Source: Nitrospirota bacterium (GTDB lineage: Bacteria > Nitrospirota > Nitrospiria > Nitrospirales > NS-4). From it: DNA of 64,000 nt. Position numbers and translations under genes: made by a program. Positions within the stretch are counted from its first letter, which is position 1; every line of letters begins with the position of its first letter. Location: assembly GCA_963788195.1 (NCBI GenBank), contig CAWBGA010000013.1:316227-380226 (forward strand), read 5' to 3'. Below, piece after piece: positions 57,534 through 64,000 of the stretch. The notes beneath the pieces are model-generated. The model saw nothing but the letters and a program-made list of their open reading frames with translations, was not told the origin of the DNA and did no database searches.

Positions 57534-58790
57534 CTACGGGGAGAGGACAGGAGGACGCAGCGGAAGGCGAAGATGAAATGACGTCCCGACGCCTTCTACG
57601 CTGTCGACTGAGATCTGACCACCGTGCGCGTCCACCACGTCTTTTATGATCTTTGTGCCGAGGCCCGTCCCGCCGGGTTTCCGACTGATGGCGCGACCCG
57701 TAAAGAGGCTGTCGCGGATCTCGGGCGGCATGCCCCGCCCGGTATCGATCACTGAAATGACAATAAAGTCCGTTTCCGTCGCGATACGACCGCGGATCGT
57801 GATAGAGCCGCCGGGGGACACCTCTGAAATGGCGTTGTTGATCAAGTTATACAGGGCGTTGTACAGACGCTGTTCATCGGCCAGGATTGCGGGCAAGGCG
57901 TCAAGTCCTTCGCAGCGCAACGAGATGCTTTTTTCTTCCGCTACCATGCGCAGGGTCTCCAAGACGTTCTGTGACACCGTCATGAGACGACATTTCTCGA
58001 AGCGTGGAGGACAACTCAGCCCCTTTACGCAGTCACCTATTTCCTTGACGCGATCCTGAATACGCCTTGCAGCGTTCCGCAGCATTCCGAGGACCATGTA
58101 GCATCGTTCCGATGCTTTCTCATCGTGGGGAGTCGGCACCCGGCTCAGAAGCGAATCCAGCTCTTCATGAAGGATCCCGGCTCCCATAATGACAGGGGCC
58201 AACATATTCCTTACATCGTGACCGATATCGCCGAGCAGCCGCACGACTTCAGCGAGCTTCGCGTCTTCATAGAGGCGGGCCTGCTCAATGGCGGTCGCCG
58301 TCAAGGATGAAATGATCGTTAGGATGGAAAGGTCGTCTTTATCAAGCTTTCCTTTGCGTTTATTCAGTACGGTAAGGACGCCAATAGGCTCGCCCTCCCA
58401 TCGTTTCAGCGGAAGCGTGATCATGTCGCGGGTCGAGTAGCCGGTGAGATCATCTATGCCGGCGAAATGACGGGTGTCGGCCTTCACATTTTCAATGACG
58501 GCGGGTTCCCCCGAATGGAACACAGCCCCCACAATGCCGTAATCCCAGGAGATTGCCGTGCCCGGCGCCACCGGTCTTACTCCGACAGAATATTGAAAGA
58601 TTAATTGTCGGGATTCTGAATTGGCAAGGAGCAGGGATCCGGCCTCCGCCCCCACTACCTCCAATGCCGTGTGTAAAGCGTTTTCGATGAGTTTATCAAC
58701 ACGTGTGTGCTGAAACAGGGCTTCGCTGATCCGTCGGGCAGCCTCTAGTTCACGCTCCTTCTGAAATAGTCGTTGAGCCTGGGTACTCAC
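57534..58790 (-). CDS. Cytoplasmic GAF-domain sensor histidine kinase (paralogue 3 of 3)
   Basis: AEAGSLLLANSESRQLIFQYSVG, GDIGHDVRNML, GGTGLGTKIIKDVVDAHGGQISVDS. GTG start. Confidence 0.85.
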   Translation of the reverse strand: MSTQAQRLFQKERELEAARRISEALFQHTRVDKLIENALHTALEVVGAEAGSLLLANSESRQLIFQYSVGVRPVAPGTAISWDYGIVGAVFHSGEPAVIENVKADTRHFAGIDDLTGYSTRDMITLPLKRWEGEPIGVLTVLNKRKGKLDKDDLSILTIISSLTATAIEQARLYEDAKLAEVVRLLGDIGHDVRNMLAPVIMGAGILHEELDSLLSRVPTPHDEKASERCYMVLGMLRNAARRIQDRVKEIGDCVKGLSCPPRFEKCRLMTVSQNVLETLRMVAEEKSISLRCEGLDALPAILADEQRLYNALYNLINNAISEVSPGGSITIRGRIATETDFIVISVIDTGRGMPPEIRDSLFTGRAISRKPGGTGLGTKIIKDVVDAHGGQISVDSVEGVGTSFHLRLPLRPPVLSP

Positions 58791-58833
58791 CCTTTTCGTT
58801 TCACGACGCAGTCCATAGAGACTATTTCAGTCC

Positions 58834-59400
58834 CACCCGGCTGTGTTTGGGAGGGACAGTTTCTTCATACGGAGCCCGAGCTCTCCCACGAGCCAAACGG
58901 GTATACTAGTCTAGACGTTTTTCAATTGAATAGGGAACATTTTATCCTTGCAAAAACCCTTAGTTGGGAGCACCGTAGTGAAGCTCGTCCTATGGCTGCT
59001 TTGGTTATATCGGAAGGTACCACCCAGTCCTATTGCACCCGCCCGCCAAGCCGAGCTTGCTCGACCACTACACCCGGCCCACCCCAGAACTCGCCATTGC
59101 ACCCTCCCCAGCCTGGAGACCCCTTGTACAGGAAGGCAAAGGGTGCCTCGGACAAACTCCTTTGCCCTATTACACCCGCCCGCCCTGGAGTTTCATTTCA
59201 CCCGCCCACCCCAAGCCTGCCAAGACAGGCTTTTGTCCCGTGGGACAAACTCCTTTGCCCCTGGACGAGTTCGTCTCGCCCATGGGCCTGATGATTATTT
59301 TGAGGCCGCCGGGGATAGTTTCTCTGCTCTTTGTTTTGCCTTTTGCACCCGCCCACCCCGGCGCTGCCAGGACAGCGCCTTGTCCCGTGGCACCCGCCGC
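58834..59400 (+). repeat. Array B: second array of the same repeat family, same orientation
   Basis: A degenerate unit at 58834-58869, then a dense run 59021-59400. It includes 45-nt units 59199-59243 (hairpin AAGCCTG-CCAAGA-CAGGCTT, 59213-59232) and 59346-59390 (GGCGCTG-CCAGGA-CAGCGCC, 59360-59379). Confidence 0.85.
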
Positions 59401-59486
59401 GCCGCGGGCCTGCCGGGTCTGAGCCGTGGCCCCATGAGACAATCCAAAAACACAGGCGGCCTTCGATCTAAGAGGGGAGCCGAAGC

Positions 59487-62400
59487 GTGCTGGTGAGCCG
59501 TAAAACCTTCCTCGGAAACACGCTCCATTTTCTCTCAAGCTTTGGGAGCAATGGCGGGGGACCATCGTACGCAGGTGACGATTTACCGCCTCTGAGGTCG
59601 GAACTTTTCAGCGCGGACCAAATGGAGCAGCACGGCAAGACCCTGGCAGGCCAGCACACATTGAGTACGCAGAGCGTACGTGACGAACTGCTGCCGCGAT
59701 TGGCCGACAACGAACGGGTTCTGCTTCGAGTGCACAACCTTCTGGCAGAGGCCGTCAAGGCGAATCGCCGGATTACGCCAGCAGGAGAATGGCTACTGGA
59801 TAATTTCTATCTGATTGAAGAGCAGATCCGGATGGCTAAAAGACATCTGCCTAAGGTGTATAGCCGGGAACTTCCCCGTCTGCTCAATGGGCCGTCGGCC
59901 GGGCTTCCCCGCGTGTATGACATTGCCCTTGAGACAATCTCCCATGGCGACGGAAGAGTCGATCCAGAGAGTCTCGGCAGTGTCGTGGCCGCGTACCAGA
60001 CCGTCAGCCTCCTGAAGTTAGGCGAATTGTGGGCTATCCCTATCATGCTACGTCTCGCCCTGATCGAGAATCTTCGCCGCGCGGGCGCTCGCATTGCCGC
60101 AAACAGAATCGACCGAAATCTTGCCGACCACTGGGCGGACCAGATGTTGGAAGTCGCGGCGAAGGATGCGAAGAGTTTGATCCTCGTGATTGCAGACATG
60201 GCCCGTTCGAACCCCCCCATGGGCAGTTCGTTTGTCGCGGAGTTTGCCCGTCGGTTACAAGGACAGAGCCCGGCTTTATCCTTGCCGCTAACGTGGATCG
60301 AGCAGCAATTGTCCGAGTCTGGATTGACGATTGATCTGCTGGTGCAGTCGGAAAATCAACAACAGGCCGCGGACCAGGTCTCCATCAGTAACAGCATCGG
60401 CAGTCTCCGATTTTTGGGAGCGATGGATTGGCGCGAGTTTGTCGAGACCATGAGCGTGGTCGAACGTACCTTGCGTCAGGATATGGGCGGCGTCTACGGC
60501 AAGATGGATTTTGCCACGCGAGATCAATACCGTCATGTCGTAGAGAAGATTGCCAAAAACGCTCGGTTATCCGAAGCCGAGGTCGCGCACAAGGCGATTC
60601 AACTGGCGAACGACGCCGTTTTAAAAGGTGGGCGTGCCAACCGTGCGGCCCACGTCGGGTTCTATCTAATTGATAAGGGTTTGGAACAGCTTGAACTGGC
60701 GCTGCAACCCCGGCGCCCTAGGGTCGATGTCCTTCGCAGTATAGCCGCGCGCTCTCCCCTTTCTATTTATCTAGGCGGCATCCTGCTTCTGACTGCGATC
60801 GTTGCCGGGTGGTTTGTCGCAGAGGCGCATGCCGGAGGGGTATCCGGCTGGTTGCTCCTGCTGGTCGGCGTCGTGTCCGGTGTATGCGCCAGTCATCTAG
60901 CCGTCGCGTTGGTGAATTGGGTGGCAACGTTAGTCGTGACACCGGATCACTTGCCACGAATGAATTTATCACAAGGGATTCCGGCTGAGTTACGCACGCT
61001 CGTCGTGGTCCCGACGATGCTCCTGAGCGCCCAGGATATCGAGCACCAGGTAGAGGCGCTTGAAGTCAGATTCCTGGCGAATCGGGACGAAAATCTTCAC
61101 TTCGGCCTGCTGACGGATTTTCGAGATGCGGACGAGGAGACGCTCCCCGAGGACGAACAGCTTTTGCAGTTGGCCCAAAACAGAATTGAAGAGCTGAACG
61201 AAAAGTATAAAGGAGCAAAGGCGGACACGTTTTTTCTTTTTCATCGACCGCGGCGCTGGAACGCTCAAGAGGAGATGTGGATGGGGTACGAGCGTAAGCG
61301 CGGAAAGCTGGGTGATTTAAATTCGTTTTTGCGAGGCGGCTCTCAAGACCGTTTTGCCCGTATCGTCGGCAAGACGGACGTGTTATCGAACGTCAAATAT
61401 GTCATCACCCTTGATACGGATACGCAGCTGCCACGCGATGCCGCCCAGCAGTTCGTGGGCGCGATGGCCCATCCTCTGAATCGTCCGGAATATGACGAGG
61501 TCCAGCAGCGCGTGACTGAGGGATACGGCATCCTGCAGCCACGCGTGGCCGTAAGCCTCCCGAGCAAGGACCGGTCTCGGTATGCGCGGCTATGCGGAAG
61601 CGAGCCGGGCGTCGATCCTTATACCCGTGAGGTTTCGGACGTCTATCAGGACGTGTTCCGTGAAGGCTCGTTCATCGGCAAGGGGATTTACGACGTTGAT
61701 GCATTCGAGCGGGCCCTCAAAGCACGCTTTCCAGAGAATCGCATTCTCAGCCATGATCTGCTGGAAGGGTGTTATGCGCGGGCGGGGCTCTTAAGCGATG
61801 TGCAGTTGTATGAGGAGTATCCGTCGCGTTACAGCACCGACATCAACCGCCGCCGTCGTTGGATTCATGGAGACTGGCAGCTTGCGCCGTGGTTGCTTCC
61901 GCGAATCCCGGCAGTTGGGGGGCGGAGCCAGCGAAACTTACTCTCGGGCCTATCTCAATGGAAGATCTTTGATAATCTGAGGCGCAGTCTTGTGCCTCCC
62001 GCCTTGACCCTTCTGTTGATCTTAGCGTGGACCTTCTTGTCCCCGGTTTGGTTTTGGACCCTGGCGGTGCTCGGCATCCTGCTGATGCCTTCTCTGATAG
62101 CCTCTATTCTGGACATACTTCGGAAGCCCCAGGATGTCCTCATGAGTCACCATATGGCTACAGCGCTCAGTTCGGCCGGCCGTCACGGTGCTCAGGCGCT
62201 GTTCATGCTGGTGTGTCTGCCCTATGAGGCGGCCGTCAGCCTGAATGCGATTGTGCGTACTGCCTGGCGCCTACTGATCTCACAGAAACGACTTCTCGAA
62301 TGGACTTTGTCGGGTCAGAAAGAACGCGATAGCCGCACCGACATCATCGCTTTTGGCCGGATGATGTCGGTCGCGCCGCTGACCGCCTCCGCTGTGGCCA

Positions 62401-64000
62401 TGTATCTGGTGGTTGAGAGGCCGGCTGCCTTACCTGCGGCCGTTGCGATTCTTGTCCTGTGGTATGCGTCACCCGTTATTGCATGGTGGATGAGCCGGCC
62501 CGTGGTCCGGCGAAACACCCAGTTGACGGCGGAGCAGGAAGTTTTTCTCAGAAAGATCTCGCGCAAGACCTGGGCGTTCTTTGAAACCTTCGTCGGTCCT
62601 GAAGATCACTGGCTGCCGCCTGATAATTTTCAGGAACACCCTGTGCCCACGGTTGCGCACCGTACCTCGCCGACGAACATGGGACTGGCGTTGCTCGCAA
62701 ATCTCTCCGCTTACGACTTCGGATATATTTCAGCCGGACAGCTGATCGAGCGCACGACGAATGCACTGCACACGATGGATGCGCTCGAACGGCACCGGGG
62801 CCATTTCTATAACTGGTACGACACGCAGTCCCTGAAGCCACTCTTGCCACTGTACGTCTCCACAGTGGATAGCGGGAATCTTGGAGGACATCTCCTGACA
62901 TTACGGGCAGGTCTGCTCGCTCTGGCTGATGACAAGATCGTGGCAAGCCAATTCCTAAACGGTCTCAGCGATATGGTCGGGATATTAGTCGACACTGCCG
63001 GGGGGCATGAAGCCGCCGCGTTGGATGCCTTTAGTGAGGACCTCGAGCTCGCGCGCGCCTCGCCACCGGCCACGCTGGCCGCCGCGCGCTCCTGCCTCGA
63101 CACGTTGGCCGCGCGCGCGTTGGAGCTGGCCCAGGCAGCCGATGCCGGACCCGACGACGAAGGCAAGGGCTGGGCGCAGGCGCTTGTCCTGCAGTGCCGG
63201 AACATGCAGGATGAACTGACGTGGCTCGCTCCCTGGACGACGATCACCGGCTCTCACGGCCCGCTGGGCGAATTTCTCGGCACTCTTGAAATCCCGTCGC
63301 TGCGTGAATTGACCGGCCTGGAGATGCAGGTGCCAGCCTCGCTCGAGGCGCCGCCCGACGCGGCGGCGACGGCGGAGGAAAGCGAGTTGCGGCAACTAGT
63401 GGCGGTAGCAGGTTCCCGCGCTAGGGCCAGGATCGCGGCCATCGAACACCTCGCAGCGCAATCCGCCGAATTCGCCAGTATCGAATATGACTTTCTCTTC
63501 GACAGAGCCCGGCACTTGCTGGCCATTGGTTACAATGTCAGCGAGCGACGCAGCGACGCAAGTTACTACGATTTGCTCGCCTCGGAAGCGCGACTCTGTA
63601 GCTTTGTGGCGATTGCCCAGGGGCAGCTCCCGCAGCAGAGCTGGTTTGCGCTGGGACGTCTGCTGACCACCGCGGGTGGAAATCCCGTCCTCGTTTCATG
63701 GAGCGGTTCGATGTTTGAGTATCTCATGCCGCTCTTGATCATGCCGACGTATGAAAATACGCTGCTTGACCAAACCTATAGAGCGGCCGTCGACGCACAG
63801 ATTCAGTATGGGAGACAGCGCGGCACGCTGTGGGGCATGTCCGAATCCGGCTACAACACGATTGATGTTCACCACAACTACCAGTATCGCGCGTTCGGCG
63901 TGCCGGGGCTGGGGTTGAAACGGGGACTGGGCGAGGATCTGGTGATTGCGCCTTACGCGTCGGCACTCGCTCTCATGGTCGATCCTGAGGAGGCCTGTCT
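59487..64000 (+). CDS. ndvB: Cyclic beta-1,2-glucan synthase (NdvB/ChvB/Cgs family), 5' part; ORF runs off the right edge
   Basis: Frame 0 is open from 59472 to the window end, so it is absent from the track. PLRSELFSADQMEQHGKTLA..., GELWAIPIMLRLALIENLRR, glycosyltransferase block YVITLDTDTQLPRDAA...QPRV...SHDLLEG...RRRRWIHGDWQ, then SPTNMGLALL, HFYNWYDT, STVDSGNL and MFEYLMP. GTG 59487 or 59493 follows a GAGGGGAG Shine-Dalgarno. Confidence 0.9.
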   Translation, partial: MLVSRKTFLGNTLHFLSSFGSNGGGPSYAGDDLPPLRSELFSADQMEQHGKTLAGQHTLSTQSVRDELLPRLADNERVLLRVHNLLAEAVKANRRITPAGEWLLDNFYLIEEQIRMAKRHLPKVYSRELPRLLNGPSAGLPRVYDIALETISHGDGRVDPESLGSVVAAYQTVSLLKLGELWAIPIMLRLALIENLRRAGARIAANRIDRNLADHWADQMLEVAAKDAKSLILVIADMARSNPPMGSSFVAEFARRLQGQSPALSLPLTWIEQQLSESGLTIDLLVQSENQQQAADQVSISNSIGSLRFLGAMDWREFVETMSVVERTLRQDMGGVYGKMDFATRDQYRHVVEKIAKNARLSEAEVAHKAIQLANDAVLKGGRANRAAHVGFYLIDKGLEQLELALQPRRPRVDVLRSIAARSPLSIYLGGILLLTAIVAGWFVAEAHAGGVSGWLLLLVGVVSGVCASHLAVALVNWVATLVVTPDHLPRMNLSQGIPAELRTLVVVPTMLLSAQDIEHQVEALEVRFLANRDENLHFGLLTDFRDADEETLPEDEQLLQLAQNRIEELNEKYKGAKADTFFLFHRPRRWNAQEEMWMGYERKRGKLGDLNSFLRGGSQDRFARIVGKTDVLSNVKYVITLDTDTQLPRDAAQQFVGAMAHPLNRPEYDEVQQRVTEGYGILQPRVAVSLPSKDRSRYARLCGSEPGVDPYTREVSDVYQDVFREGSFIGKGIYDVDAFERALKARFPENRILSHDLLEGCYARAGLLSDVQLYEEYPSRYSTDINRRRRWIHGDWQLAPWLLPRIPAVGGRSQRNLLSGLSQWKIFDNLRRSLVPPALTLLLILAWTFLSPVWFWTLAVLGILLMPSLIASILDILRKPQDVLMSHHMATALSSAGRHGAQALFMLVCLPYEAAVSLNAIVRTAWRLLISQKRLLEWTLSGQKERDSRTDIIAFGRMMSVAPLTASAVAMYLVVERPAALPAAVAILVLWYASPVIAWWMSRPVVRRNTQLTAEQEVFLRKISRKTWAFFETFVGPEDHWLPPDNFQEHPVPTVAHRTSPTNMGLALLANLSAYDFGYISAGQLIERTTNALHTMDALERHRGHFYNWYDTQSLKPLLPLYVSTVDSGNLGGHLLTLRAGLLALADDKIVASQFLNGLSDMVGILVDTAGGHEAAALDAFSEDLELARASPPATLAAARSCLDTLAARALELAQAADAGPDDEGKGWAQALVLQCRNMQDELTWLAPWTTITGSHGPLGEFLGTLEIPSLRELTGLEMQVPASLEAPPDAAATAEESELRQLVAVAGSRARARIAAIEHLAAQSAEFASIEYDFLFDRARHLLAIGYNVSERRSDASYYDLLASEARLCSFVAIAQGQLPQQSWFALGRLLTTAGGNPVLVSWSGSMFEYLMPLLIMPTYENTLLDQTYRAAVDAQIQYGRQRGTLWGMSESGYNTIDVHHNYQYRAFGVPGLGLKRGLGEDLVIAPYASALALMVDPEEAC

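Overview
GC-rich 64-kb chromosomal window from a diderm bacterium; the lineage cannot be determined from the sequence alone. Left third: a multi-PAS NarX-type kinase with a NarL-type regulator, small periplasmic proteins, one IS3-family element, a tandemly duplicated CPA2 antiporter gene whose second copy is decayed, then a run of interrupted genes (aldose 1-epimerase, a SEC-C/GNAT N-acyl-amino-acid-synthase-like gene, a ~3.5-kb TpsA/filamentous-haemagglutinin-like gene, a multi-PAS kinase). Middle: an ArsS-type radical SAM pair, small hypothetical and phage-like genes, two tandem receiver-only regulators, two LuxR paralogues, an NHL protein, folD-metF-panB and tRNA-Glu. Right half: a pilin gene with a near-consensus sigma-54 promoter, bracketed by tRNA-Glu and a 42-nt copy of its 3' half. 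This is followed by a complete type IV pilus/T2SS-like cluster (pseudopilins, TPR-metalloprotease, TPR-secretin-cohesin, pilC, pilB, pilMNO(P), second pilin), three paralogous GAF kinases, a PAS-GAF-PAS kinase and the first 4.5 kb of a cyclic beta-1,2-glucan synthase gene. The most unusual signal is two collinear arrays of short direct repeats (about 53.04-53.58 kb and 58.83-59.40 kb). Their units carry a hairpin with a conserved TGCCAAGACA core and stems that differ between units by compensatory changes. They match no element family I recognise. Caveat: at least 16 genes appear interrupted by single-nucleotide indels, several at short homopolymers, so many pseudogene calls may be assembly errors rather than biology.
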